Notes: a model not told the origin generated them from the sequence alone. 63,156 bases of DNA, filler included, from Reticulomyxa filosa (GCA_000512085.1; 21 parts of 21 records of this genome joined end to end with filler, not necessarily neighbours in it), one strand, 5' to 3'; counted from the whole stretch's first letter, positions 24,705 to 36,549 are shown. A program made the numbers and translations.

Positions 24705-25292
24705 ATGAATACAAAAAAGCCAATTGGTGGCATTTTTGACCAAAGTACTGTAAGATCAAAATATCCATATTACATTGAACAAACAACATTAAAAAACAGC
24801 TCAAAATACGAATTAAAGTGCTATGACATTAAACAAAAACAACGCAAAAAAGAAATTGAACTTATTCTAGGCTACTGGACTCGATCTTTGTCTATTTATA
24901 GGGTTGGGTTTCGATTTCAATAAAATTATAGCGCAATATGTTCAGCATACTTGCTACGCGAAAGATTTGTTTATGTTGTCCAACAACAAAATAATTGCAT
25001 AACGACACAGGCGAAATATTTCCAACAATTAAAAATGCATCGCTATCTTTCATGCATTAAAAGTGTAAGATTTTTACCAGACGGCAGTAAAATAGTTTTA
25101 TCCTCGTACGACAAAACTATTCGAATATTGGATGTAGCAGCACAAAAAGAATTACGCATTTTGCAAGGACATTTGGATTGGGTGAATTATGCATAATTTT
25201 CATCAGATGGAAAAATAATTTTATCATGTTCAGAGAACAGTACAATTTGCTTGTGGGATGTGGAATCGGGACTGGAGGTAATGGTGTTATAT
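24705..25292 (+). pseudogene. WD40-repeat pseudogene of an expanded family
   Basis: KEIELILGYWTR module (frameshifted), SVRFLPDGSKIVLSSYDKTIRILD, LQGHLDWVNYA*FSSDG..ICLWDV; contains an in-frame stop. Confidence 0.8.
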
Positions 25293-25392
25293 NNNNNNNN
25301 NNNNNNNNNNNNNNNNNNNNNNNNNNNNNNNNNNNNTTAATTAATTAANNNNNNNNNNNNNNNNNNNNNNNNNNNNNNNNNNNNNNNNNNNN

Positions 25393-26542
25393 CATTATAG
25401 TTAATCAATTTAGATTAAATTTTGTCCTGAAAAACTCGAAATTGTTCAAATCTTTCTCTTGTTATCGATAACGAACTTGGCCGCTGCCTTGACAACCTTG
25501 ATCCTAATGTCTGGTTTCCACGTTCGATCCCCAATGACAATACATTGATATCTGGACATTTGTCCACCAATAGCGACGTAAGTCTTGATATTTCAAACAA
25601 TGATTGTGCTTCTATCAGGTTAGATAAGGAATATCGGGGCATCACATATCTTGGGTTATCCACTCCTTCACATATCAAATGTCTATTTCAATCCATGATT
25701 ATTCAGAAATGCAGCTGGTCGGTGTTGTTGCGACGCTTTCCTGCGGGCATTATTTGCAACAAGATCCACTTTATCATTACCAGGTGTTCCAGAATGACCT
25801 TTAATCCAATAGATCTCTGGTACGTTATTCTCATTAAATGATTTCAATATCTTCTGACAATCAATAATTGGCAATTTATAGATGTCAGAATCCCATTTAT
25901 TGAATATTGCATTAATCACGAGTCAGGATAATCATCCTTCCACAATGGAATTGTAATGGTTACCAACATATTCTAATGCAAGTCTCATTGCATCGATCTA
26001 TGAACCAATGTTTGTTGTGATACCTGTAATTGGATATTCCAATTCTAACCAATTTGGCATATTTGGATCTTGAATTACAAGTGTGCTACCATCGCAAAAT
26101 ATCACAATGCAATCATTGTACAACGATACCAAAATCTCATTTGATGTTGGCTTATTGAAGATTGCAAATGGTGACTTGTTAGATTGTGGTATCATTGCAT
26201 TGGCGGGATTGCTGGTTCAACCCAAACAGACATCCACGAGATAATGCTGACAATTTACCAGTCCATGAGATATGTCTTTGGTTTCGATTCATTCTAAATC
26301 TTGTATGCCAATACAAGATTATGACCATTGAATCAACCTGACCATCTGATACACTTATTGTATAGCTTCACTTCTTATTGTCTTCGTCTCCATTCGAGAG
26401 GAGGAAGTTGGTAGATTACATTGACAGTGTCATAAGCAGTCTGGTTCATTACACCAAGAATTCGACACGTTGCAATCCTTTGTATCCTTTCTAATCGCCT
26501 CTTATGAGTGTCTGCCACACCATTCCAAAATGCTGATGCATA
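25393..26542 (-). mobile_element. Degenerate non-LTR retrotransposon 3' part: RT thumb, RNase H, Cys-motif remnant
   Basis: YASAFW..LERIQRIATCRILG..LPPLEWRR; IFCDGST; YWIKGHSGTPGNDKVDLVA; multiple stops and frameshifts. Confidence 0.85.
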
Positions 26543-26642
26543 NNNNNNNNNNNNNNNNNNNNNNNNNNNNNNNNNNNNNNNNNNNNTTAATTAATTAANN
26601 NNNNNNNNNNNNNNNNNNNNNNNNNNNNNNNNNNNNNNNNNN

Positions 26643-27800
26643 AAAGCGCGCTATCGCGGGCAAACGAGCGTGAAATGCGAGGGGTGTCACCAAGTCATGG
26701 CCTTCCAAGACGACACCAAGTACCCCGTGTACGCAGTAGCAAACATCCGTGGCAAGCTGTTTGTGTTTCATAGCCAAGAGTGTGTTGTTGAGTGTGTACA
26801 TATACATACATATATATGTATATGTACACACATATATATATGTGTATATGTATGTAATCACTTGCCAAAGGGGGAGGGAGAAGATTGACATAATGAAATG
26901 GCATGTGCGAGCATGTTTTTGTAGATCCTGCGAAAGTTTAAAGAGGCAATCCAATTGTTTGTGGTTCACGCCGAAATCCGTGTACGTGTTCCCGAGTACG
27001 AAATCCCGGACACGTTGTCGGAGCAAATCGAGCATCTGTTGCGAGTGAAGGACTCGGTGATACTACCCGCCTCGCTGCCTTTGCCACAACCTATCGTGGT
27101 CCGCCACGGCACAGAGCACGTGCGGTGGTCGTCAGAAAACATTCGAATGGCCCGCGAAGTCAAGTTCGCCGCCATCGGCATGTGCAAGCAGCTCGAGGCC
27201 GAGGCGTTCAACTCGAGTACTAACATGTCGGCTCAGTCTTTGAGCTCTGATGATCTCGCAGTTAGAGATGCCGACAGTTGCAAATATCTTGTATTTATAT
27301 AAATGAAAAAGCAAATAAATACGTATACACTTATATACATATATATAAATACATATATGTATACTTTTTTTTTGGGGGGGGGGGGAGTAATGGGAACAGA
27401 TGAAGAAAAAAGCAAGTCCAAATATGATATAACGCAGAAACAACGAGAAGAGGAAGTACCATCCTTGTTCCGAGATTTGGATGTGTTCACCTACGGACAG
27501 TCGCTGTGGTACTTTTGTGTGCAGCAGCTGCAAGCAAAGGATCGATACAGCGTGTGGATCTGGCTCATATATCTGGGTAATCGTCTTCCCACTACCATGA
27601 CTGTCCAACTGCTCGAGGAAAAGCGCGAGGAACTCAGCAAATTTCGTATGGTTTGCTTGGATGAGCTAACACAGACCATCGTGCAAGCAAGCAACTTCCC
27701 CGCTGCCACCAGCTTGTATTTGGCTGCTTTCATGAAAGAGCGCGCCCGATATGACCTGAGTCGAGAGGACCATTTCATACGACTTTCTGACAAATTCGTC
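26643..27800 (+). CDS. Fragment of a large multi-exon protein; last part resembles a TRP-channel pre-S1 region
   Basis: GC-richer coding exons separated by TA-rich introns; a CxxC (KCEGC); FPAATSLYLAAFMKERARYDLSREDHFIRLSDKF. Confidence 0.55.
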
Positions 27801-27817
27801 CATGTTATATTACCACA

Positions 27818-27857
<40 letters not shown>

Positions 27858-27957
27858 NNNNNNNNNNNNNNNNNNNNNNNNNNNNNNNNNNNNNNNNNNN
27901 NTTAATTAATTAANNNNNNNNNNNNNNNNNNNNNNNNNNNNNNNNNNNNNNNNNNNN

Positions 27958-27998
27958 TAGTGCCATTTAGGTATGGCAGTTTTTTTTGCAATATACTG
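27958..27998 (-). mobile_element. End of Tc1/mariner-type MITE family (at contig edge)
   Basis: Reverse complement TA|CAGTATATTGCAAAAAAAACTGCCATACCTAAATGGCAC. Confidence 0.6.
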
Positions 27999-29029
27999 TA
28001 GTTATTTCATGGTATGATATTGTTATGAAAATTTATAACACAAAAAAGACATTAAAGTCAACTCTTGCAAACATTCATAGCTTTATTCGTGAAAGAGCAA
28101 CATTTTGAAATTTTTTAAATGCACTATACTTAGTTTGTTACAACTACACACGAAATAGGCAACAGAAAATAAAGTATTTGATTCATGTACAAATTTTTTA
28201 AAAAGTGTATTGTATGTGCACATATCGGGACTCTGTATTTAAAACATTTTTCTTTAAATTTTAGAAAAGAACGATTTGACTACAAACAAACATAAATTGA
28301 TTCTAAAATATTACAAAACTCGTGTCATTTACTATACAAGTCTAACATAACAAGATAAAGTATAAATCAAAATAAAGTTTACTTTACAAATAACAAAAAG
28401 CACAAATTTCATATTATTTTGTCTTTCTACATTTTATGTAATGTATTACATGTTAAATGTATTGGTGGTCCAGAAATGTGCACATTCATGGCACATTTCA
28501 GAGTTTTTTCTTTTAAAAAACGCATGAACAAAATGATTGCTTGTCTTGATTTGGCTGTGCAAGAAAAGTAACAAAAAATATCTAAAATATTAAATACAAA
28601 TTTTTTTTCAAATAGATCACGAAAGGGAATTTTGACTTATTTAAATCTTCACAGTTAAATTTCTATGAAGCTCTTTTTTTATAGATAGCGTGCAAATTGA
28701 TTACCCTTTGTGTTGTTGTAATGTCTATCATAATCAGTGGCATATTCTTTTCAAGACTAGCACGTCTTTTACCGGCACAGGTTGCTAAGTTCCATGGGAA
28801 AAAAATCCTTGCAATGGAATTAACATTATTAAATATTACCAACATAATTTTTGATGATCGTATTACCTACTTTCTACACCAGTAAAATATAACAACTCAA
28901 CAATTTGTATTTGCAAAACTAACTCAAAACAATGGGTTGTGCGGAAACTAGTAAAAGGATTTTAATGTTTTTTTGTTTTTTAAAGGCATATCTAATCATT
29001 GCCTTGTGTCAAATTCAGAAAATGTAAGA

Positions 29030-29400
29030 AAAAAATAAGGGAAGCAATTATGAGATGCTATTGTCTGTAAAGAGATAGAACTATTAATTGGATATGATGA
29101 AGATAACAATTTTTGGTTTCGTGAACTATCAGCATGTCTCGGCATCATTTGATCACACAACTTCCAATCTTCAGAGGACATTCTGATCGAGTGTTTGCTG
29201 CAAAGTTTTCACTAGATGGACATCTATTGTTTCATGTTCAGGTGATGGAACAATTCGATTATGGGATATCAATACAGGAAATGAAGTAATGAAATTAAAA
29301 AATAATTCCGATAAAATACTTTTCTCCAGATGGAAAATATATTGTGTTAGGTTTGCAAGATAACACAATACGACATGGAAGGATATATTCGCTTTGCACA
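29030..29400 (+). pseudogene. WD40-repeat pseudogene
   Basis: FRGHSDRVFAAKFSLDG, SCSGDGTIRLWDINTG, FSPDGKYI; frameshifted. Confidence 0.7.
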
Positions 29401-29813
29401 AAGCTACAGCTTAGAGAGGTATCTTAAGATAAACTATTCCAGAGATACTACAATATTTCTTTATTTAATTGCATTTTTTGAATTACTGATCATTTATATC
29501 CTACTTCAGGAGAAAATGTTGTTTTTGATAATGAATACTGTTGTCCTTTTAACTTTATCCTGTTTTGAGTTTTCGGTACTATAAATACCTTGCAATTTAT
29601 TTTGATATTTGGATAAAATTTATATATATATTATGCTTTGAATTCTTTAAAAAACACTAAGCGAAACTTTTTTAATATTTTAAACAACAAAGCAAAAAGA
29701 ACACAATTTCAATACTTGCATTCAATCAAATAAATTTGATATCACAATACTTTTCTTTTAATTAAACTTTTCAAACAAAAATACTTTTATTTCTTATTCG
29801 ACAAAAAAGTAAA

Positions 29814-29953
29814 TTATCCCCAAATACGAATGGGACCATTGAGTGAACCATAACACAAATTCAAATCATATTTAACATAATTTGTATCATCTTTCATTTT
29901 CAATCTAATAAATTTAAGACAAATTATTCCATCATCTTCTTTCTCATCTCCTT
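29814..29953 (-). CDS. 3' end of a WD40-repeat gene
   Basis: KEDDGIICLKFIRLK...LNLCYGSLNGPIRIWG*. Confidence 0.6.
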
Positions 29954-30053
29954 NNNNNNNNNNNNNNNNNNNNNNNNNNNNNNNNNNNNNNNNNNNNTTA
30001 ATTAATTAANNNNNNNNNNNNNNNNNNNNNNNNNNNNNNNNNNNNNNNNNNNN

Positions 30054-31276
30054 ATATATATGGATACTTACTTTGTATGATATCAGTGAAATTAAATAAA
30101 CAACAATTGGATGATGTTATTCAATTTTGGATGGATGGAATTGTTGACAAAAAAATATATATTCATGAAAGATGTGCATTATCAATTGCAAAAATAGCAT
30201 TGGAATTGAATGAGAGACAATTGAATAAAGTGTTTGAATGTTTGATGAATGCCTTTGAGAGTGGAATAATTACTATTTGTTATTACTGTGCACACGCACT
30301 TGCAATGATTTCATCACAATTGGGAGGAAAACAGTTGGATTATGCATTCCAATATATAGTTCATAAATTTCCTTCATATCTTTATAATCATTATTATTAT
30401 ACAAATGCGACTGAATTTGTAATGAAATTGAAAGAAGGACAATTAGGTGATGTCTTTCAATGTTTGATTGATGGATTATCCGATGAAAAGGAAGACGAAT
30501 ATAAGCGTGGAAAATGCGCAGAATTATTTGGAAAACTCTCAATGAAATGGAATGAAAAATAATTGAATGATGTTTTCAATTCTTTAAAAGACATGCCCAA
30601 TAAAGATGATTATTGGAAGTATAGAGAAGCACTTGAGACAATAACAGTGAAATTGTCTGTGAAACAATTCGATAATGCTTTTAATTATTTCATTAGTAGA
30701 TTCAATTGTGAAAAGGAATATATATTTAATGATAACTACGCTGATCTACTTGAAAAAAATTGCACAGAGATTGAACGAAAAACAAATGAACATTGCATTA
30801 AATTATTGTATGGATAAGTTAAATGATAAAAATGAACATCAAAATAATCGTATCAAATGCATTGAATTGTTTGAAACAATTTCAAATAAATGTAATGAAC
30901 AACAATTGAATAACTCATTAATGGATATACTTCATGATGAAGATGATCATGAAGAGTGCTGCATTACTTGGGACAATTGCAGTGAATCTAAATGGAAGAT
31001 ATTTCGATGATGCTTTTCAATGTTTGATAAATGGATTGAAAGATGGTGATTCGACTGTTCAGCAGTCATGTGTAAAATCACTTGTAACAATTTCAAAGAA
31101 ATGGAATGATAAACAGTTGGATATTACTTTTCAATGTTTGATTGATGGATTTGAAAATATAAATGGATATGATTGTTATACACCCAGATATTTACTTGAA
31201 GGAATTGAAATGAAATTGAATGAAATACAAATCGATTCTGTTTTCACATGTTTGATCAATGGACTCAAAGGTAACA
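30054..31276 (+). pseudogene. HEAT/PBS-lyase-like repeat gene fragment, disrupted
   Basis: Repeated units KLNE.QL..VFQCLI.GL.D; a TAA at 30560-30562 where Q is expected, plus two frame changes. Confidence 0.75.
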
Positions 31277-31376
31277 NNNNNNNNNNNNNNNNNNNNNNNN
31301 NNNNNNNNNNNNNNNNNNNNTTAATTAATTAANNNNNNNNNNNNNNNNNNNNNNNNNNNNNNNNNNNNNNNNNNNN

Positions 31377-31408
<32 letters not shown>

Positions 31409-31766
31409 AAATCCTTGCATTGCCAGCGTTCAACCGTTCACAGTCGAGGCTCGAATGATAAATTACGGCGCAAGCACGCGACGCATGGACGCAACGTATC
31501 GCGAGTGGATGTCGCTACAATATTACACCGACAATAAACTGCTGCCTGCTTATTATATCCTCGCCGAATGCTACGAACTGTTTCTTCTCATCGTCAAGTA
31601 CTACTTCCAGGACTTTGTCTGCTTCAACTACAACGTCGACTGGCTCGAGCTACGCAAGTTTGTCAGTCTTCAGGACCCGTCGTGGGATCACAAGGTCACC
31701 ACGCTTCACGATATTCGTCACAACAATCATTTCGATAAATACAAGTTTGACCCAAAACGCAAATGA
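31409..31766 (+). CDS. Last exon of a probable sulfotransferase (Sulfotransfer_2/CHST-like)
   Basis: YYFQDFVCFNY matches the C-terminal Y..DF..F.Y motif; the exon follows a T16-A15-G acceptor. Confidence 0.5.
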
Positions 31767-32113
31767 TTACACTTTTTTAAAAAAAAAAAGCAATAATGTT
31801 TTGAAGTCTTTTACTAAATTCCAATCTCTTTTGTCTATTTATTGTTGTTTTGTTACTCTTTTAAATCATTTAAATTTATTACCTGAAAAAAAATAAAATA
31901 AGTCGATGATCCAACCTGCTCAATTTCACACTTTTTTTTGAAAGCTTGTTTTTCTGGACATAAAGTACTTTTTTTTCCTCAATTCTTTTTTAAAAATACT
32001 GCTTCGGCTTTGGAACAAGTTTATTGAACGTCTATTGCAAACAACGTGAGGCAGGAGGGGGAAAAAAAGGGGGCGGAGAAATAGAAACAAGAGCCGAGTA
32101 TTGAGTTAATTCA

Positions 32114-32393
32114 ATGGCACCGAACGACATTACTGGAAAGACATTTATCTATCTCTTGAGTGGCCTTTTTACTATTTGTTCCACGATAGTTCCTTTGTTA
32201 ACATCGCGTAACGCCTGTGCCAAACAGAGATTAAAAGAAAGAGTACCAATAGACAAACTTGTGACACTTTTAACACGTTGAGGAGGGCTATTTTTCACCT
32301 TTTTTTTGTAATTACTTCTTGAAATTTACGCGTATACATACATATATATGGTAACTGTCCAAACATTGCCTCCTTTTTCTTGATTCCTCACGC

Positions 32394-32424
<31 letters not shown>

Positions 32425-32645
32425 GAAATCGAAACATAGTAATGAGCATAACCTCATATTGGCTGTGCAGTATCGCCGCGTTCTCATCAATTTGCACAAT
32501 TGTCGAACAAAACTACCACGACAGCATCACAACAACCACGAGTAATTTTGGTTTGACCTGGCAAACTTTGTTTGCAAAATATACATTCGTGTCGGGATCT
32601 TGCTTTATGTTAAGTGTCTCAACGTTCATCATTTTTTTTTTTTTT
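32114..32645 (+). CDS. Multi-pass membrane protein (possibly 7TM receptor-like), 3'-truncated
   Basis: MAPNDITGKTFIYLLSGLFTICSTIVPLL...; a phase-1 intron joins to LMSITSYWLCSIAAFSSICTIV...; three hydrophobic segments visible. Confidence 0.55.
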
Positions 32646-32897
32646 NNNNNNNNNNNNNNNNNNNNNNNNNNNNNNNNNNNNNNNNNNNNTTAATTAATTA
32701 ANNNNNNNNNNNNNNNNNNNNNNNNNNNNNNNNNNNNNNNNNNNNGGCTCCTCTACAGGAAGGAGATCACGGTCATTCTCAGAAGTCCGCTTCCGAGGCG
32801 AGCGCCCGGTATGGCGAGGTTTACTCCAAGTGACAGTCCGCGATTGAGCGGGCGAAGTATGAGAGAGACCACACAGACGGAACTCTCAAGGCGCAGC

Positions 32898-33152
32898 TTA
32901 CCCTTTGTCGTCGCTCTCTATGAGCGGCACTGGGCCTCGTGCGGGCGGACCAGCCTTCAACCAATCATCTATAAAATTGGATGTCATCGAGACGTGGATG
33001 ACATCGCTGACCCCGCATTGGCTGCACGTCGGCGGGGCAGACTGCCTGAGCTTGGCAATGATCTCGTGGTCCATCATGAACGGCTCTGACTTTGATGGCT
33101 CTCGCACAAGCAAAACGCGATGCCCACAAGATTTGCATTGGATGCCAACCAA
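32898..33152 (-). CDS. Small bacterial zinc-ribbon protein (CxxC...CxxC)
   Basis: GGAGG-aacaa-TTG start; CKSCGH and CSQCG motifs. Confidence 0.65.
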   Translation of the reverse strand: MVGIQCKSCGHRVLLVREPSKSEPFMMDHEIIAKLRQSAPPTCSQCGVSDVIHVSMTSNFIDDWLKAGPPARGPVPLIESDDKG

Positions 33153-33309
33153 TTGTTCCTCCCCCGACAGTGTTTACCAAACATGGTGTTTCAAACGTCT
33201 TGGTGTAGGGGGTTGTCGAGGTCAAATTTCGTTGTGTGGGAAGCAGGCTGCCAAGATGGGTGACATGGCAATGGCAGACTTAGACGGCGCGGGCAGCCGA
33301 GGGACTCTT

Positions 33310-34080
33310 TTAGCCCTCAGCCTTCTTAGACTTGCGAACCAATGCCAAAAGCTCGCGAAGATCGGCCAAGGTGCTGCCTTTGTCATCGGTGGCTTCAGAA
33401 GCCGCGTAGGCGGCGGTTTCGCCTTTCTTCAAGATGAAGTTTCGCTCGACGCCGAGCAGTTTCTTGATGATGTCCTTGGCGAGTTCTTTGTCACCGTCCC
33501 TCATCGCATGAAGATAGGCGGCTGACCAAAGCTCAACGTTTGTGATCTCGTTCTGGAAATACTTCAATTCAGAAGTACCAGCACGGTACAGGCCCAGAAA
33601 AAAATATCCTATCAATTCAATGATAGCGACGAAGCTGAGGCGTGGGATCGACCGCACCAGAGTCTCTTGCCAAGTCTCGGTAGTCAAAGGCGTGTAGACT
33701 AGGACGAAATAGAAAAGGAACATGAGCCCGGCTGCGGCGGCCATCGCACCCAGAATGAGGTTCAATTGAGCACGGTTGCGAACTTCGTCTACCGCGGCCT
33801 GTAAACGCCTTGCTACTCGTGTAAAGCCGATGTCCGCCTCACGAATAACGGCTTCCGCTTCAAAGTCTTTCCTAAAAGCCTCCCGCAGGCCGTGAAAAAC
33901 AGCCGATGGAAGGTTCTCCAATGCCTTTGCCGCTGTCTCTTCCAAGAAGGCACGGCGGTCGGTTGGATCGAGTTGTAAGATTGTTGTCTTGCCTGAGAAC
34001 TGCCCTTCCAGCATGACTTTGCTAGTGGCGTCGAGCGATGCCACCTTCTCGGAGAGCGTCGCAATCTTGTCTTGTAGAAT
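33310..34080 (-). CDS. Bacterial hypothetical protein, coiled-coil plus 2 TM helices, 5'-truncated
   Basis: The frame is open to the contig edge. TMs NLILGAMAAAAGLMFLFYFVLV and LSFVAIIELIGYFFLGLY; conserved-looking LKYFQNEITNVE and ERNFILKKGET. Confidence 0.8.
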   Translation of the reverse strand: MLQDKIATLSEKVASLDATSKVMLEGQFSGKTTILQLDPTDRRAFLEETAAKALENLPSAVFHGLREAFRKDFEAEAVIREADIGFTRVARRLQAAVDEVRNRAQLNLILGAMAAAAGLMFLFYFVLVYTPLTTETWQETLVRSIPRLSFVAIIELIGYFFLGLYRAGTSELKYFQNEITNVELWSAAYLHAMRDGDKELAKDIIKKLLGVERNFILKKGETAAYAASEATDDKGSTLADLRELLALVRKSKKAEG

Positions 34081-34180
34081 NNNNNNNNNNNNNNNNNNNN
34101 NNNNNNNNNNNNNNNNNNNNNNNNTTAATTAATTAANNNNNNNNNNNNNNNNNNNNNNNNNNNNNNNNNNNNNNNNNNNN

Positions 34181-34547
34181 TGTGTGGAAATATTCATTGT
34201 TGATATTTTTATATACATATTCTCTGCATTTGGTCGATTATTGATATGCTTCTGAGAACACGTACACTTTTATGCACTGATACATTATTAAAAATTTGCA
34301 ATGACAACATTCTTACGTTGTTATGGTTTAGTGGATATTGCACACATGTGCACATTTGACCGATAGAGTTGGCTAACATATTCCATGATATAATTGATAC
34401 ATATATATCGTTTTGATTATTTAAATATTTTTTGCTGTCCTTGTTTGAGTTATCTCTGGCCACGTCATTTGCACTTGTTACCACGTGAAACGAGTTTAAT
34501 ACGTGCAGTACCACCAATATAATTTTATAAACTAACGATGGTTTCAT
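34181..34547 (-). CDS. Secreted endonuclease/exonuclease/phosphatase (EEP)-like protein, 5' part
   Basis: Signal peptide MKPSLVYKIILVVLHVLNSFHVVTSA, followed by the first EEP strand motif SIISWNMLA. Confidence 0.55.
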
Positions 34548-35482
34548 ATTGTTGTTGCAAAACGACCACGTTCTCCACTTAAGCTTTTCTTCTCGTTTGC
34601 CCCTTTCTTACGGGCACTCTGAAATGGAAAGACGTCAAATGATAAAAAAAAGTTTTAGAAAATGCTTTCAGAATCAAAAGTATTACTCAATTTTTATTTT
34701 TTTTTGAAAAAGCTGAGTTTTTGTGAATATACTACGCAAATTCAAAATAATGAGTAAGTGAAGTTTGTAATAGTCCTCCACACTTTTTCCAAAGCTAAAA
34801 GAAAAAATCAAAAACAAAATTGGACTAATTGTTTGACTGGATATTGTTGTTAGTAAATTGTCTCATCAGCTTAGCCTCTTAATTTTTGTTAGCTACAAAC
34901 TACAAAAAGCAAGAGGCAGTTAAGGTTAGTGAGAATCAACGTATAAATCTGTGCTATGATTACCAAAAAAAATTCAAACAACAAAAAGATATAAAATCTC
35001 ACAATCTTGATCTGGTCAATGTTTTTTTAATTTCCAAGATTAGTCAGCTATCGATCTTGTTTTTTGCGTTAAAGCCTTTCTTTGCACTATTTTTTTTAAA
35101 TACATGACAATAAAAAACTTGACACATTTATAGACAACCTTTCAAAAAAAAAAATCTCAACTGATCAATCAGTCCTGCCAACTTATTGCTGTCACTAAAT
35201 TTATATGCAGCATTGCATCCCCCCAATGGAAGACTTGTCAATGAACAGTTCCTTGGCCTGTCAAATAGTTCTGCACTTCGAATACCTTGGATGAGAACAA
35301 GTCATTGTCCAATTCAAAATTCGAATGTGTATCTTTTCCGTTTTTATTNNNNNNNNNNNNNNNNNNNNNNNNNNNNNNNNNNNNNNNNNNNNTTAATTAA
35401 TTAANNNNNNNNNNNNNNNNNNNNNNNNNNNNNNNNNNNNNNNNNNNNCACTAACAATTTGATCAAATGTTTATTTAACATA

Positions 35483-35790
35483 GGTATCTACTGTCTTTAT
35501 GTTTGGCATATTTCGTTCATCATCCAAATTAATCAATACATTCACTGAACATACAAAGGTTGTGGGGAGTATTGATTATTCAACATTTGATGATTGTCAA
35601 TTCATTTGTTCTGGATCACATGATAATACAGTTCGTGTATGGGATGTTTATAACAACAAACAAATTCAATCATTCAATGAACATTCAAATAATTTGTTTT
35701 GTGTAAAATTTTCATCATATTATTATCATAATCATCGTCAAAATGTCATTTGTTCTTCATCAAGTGACAAAATCATTCGTTTTTGGTTTT
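35483..35790 (+). pseudogene. WD40-repeat fragment that breaks off into unrelated DNA
   Basis: TFTEHTKVVGSIDYS..ICSGSHDNTVRVWD..SSSDKIIRFW is a close paralog of 50636-50953; similarity ends at ~35787. Confidence 0.8.
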
Positions 35791-36549
35791 ATGATAAGGA
35801 TACCAATTTCTTTTATAATTATAGGATTTTACGTTTATGCAGTACATATAGTAGAGAGATAGCACAAGACCGGAACCAAGTCTATTGACAGTTGATACGA
35901 TGACCAGTGCGAATCATACACACATGCTACATTGTAGCGACAAAGCTGCTGCAAATGACTCCCAATGTTGCAGTTGACTCAAGTCCAAATAATTAACAAA
36001 TCGTATCAAACCAATAGCTTAGCGAAAAGTCAGCATCTATTTATTCAACAAAAAAACAATAAAAAGAAATGGTCAAAGAAAGACCGCAGAAACACTTGTC
36101 TCGCAAACATGCAGACTAGTCGCGAGCAAACGGCTCAAATTGAGGTACAACAGTTGTAACGTTTGTACCTCCGCAGCATGCGAGTATCATTTGCAAAGAG
36201 TTAATTTCAACACACAAATGCATATGACGCATCTGTTGTCGACGCTGGTTCCAATCCCATTGAAAAGCATGATGATGATTATAAGTACATAATTGACAAA
36301 AAAAAGAGAATATTTAACTCCAATGTAATTCTAGTCAAACAAAATTTTTGTTCATGACCGCTTTTCTTTTTGTTTAATCAAAAAAGGACAAAGCAATGCG
36401 CAATACAGAAGATGTAAAGCGTGAGCTATATTAATCAATTCTTGTTACACGTACAACCATTTCGAATTGGCTCGAAACATATTTACTGATTAATTCGAAA
36501 AATTTCAACAAAAAATAATGACAAGTCTTAATGTAACGAATGATTGTTA

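Larger units (their letters stand above)
32746..34080. other. Bacterial-looking contig (contaminant or associated bacterium)
   Basis: Abrupt GC enrichment over the whole contig, no introns or long A/T runs, and a Shine-Dalgarno-like GGAGG before a TTG start. Confidence 0.85.

Noticed and set aside
32905-33525. 206-aa plus-strand ORF in the bacterial contig
   Set aside because: It is an antisense shadow of two better-supported minus-strand genes.
32646-34180. Horizontal transfer of the bacterial segment into the host genome
   Set aside because: Both edges are artificial spacers, so there is no physical linkage to eukaryotic DNA.
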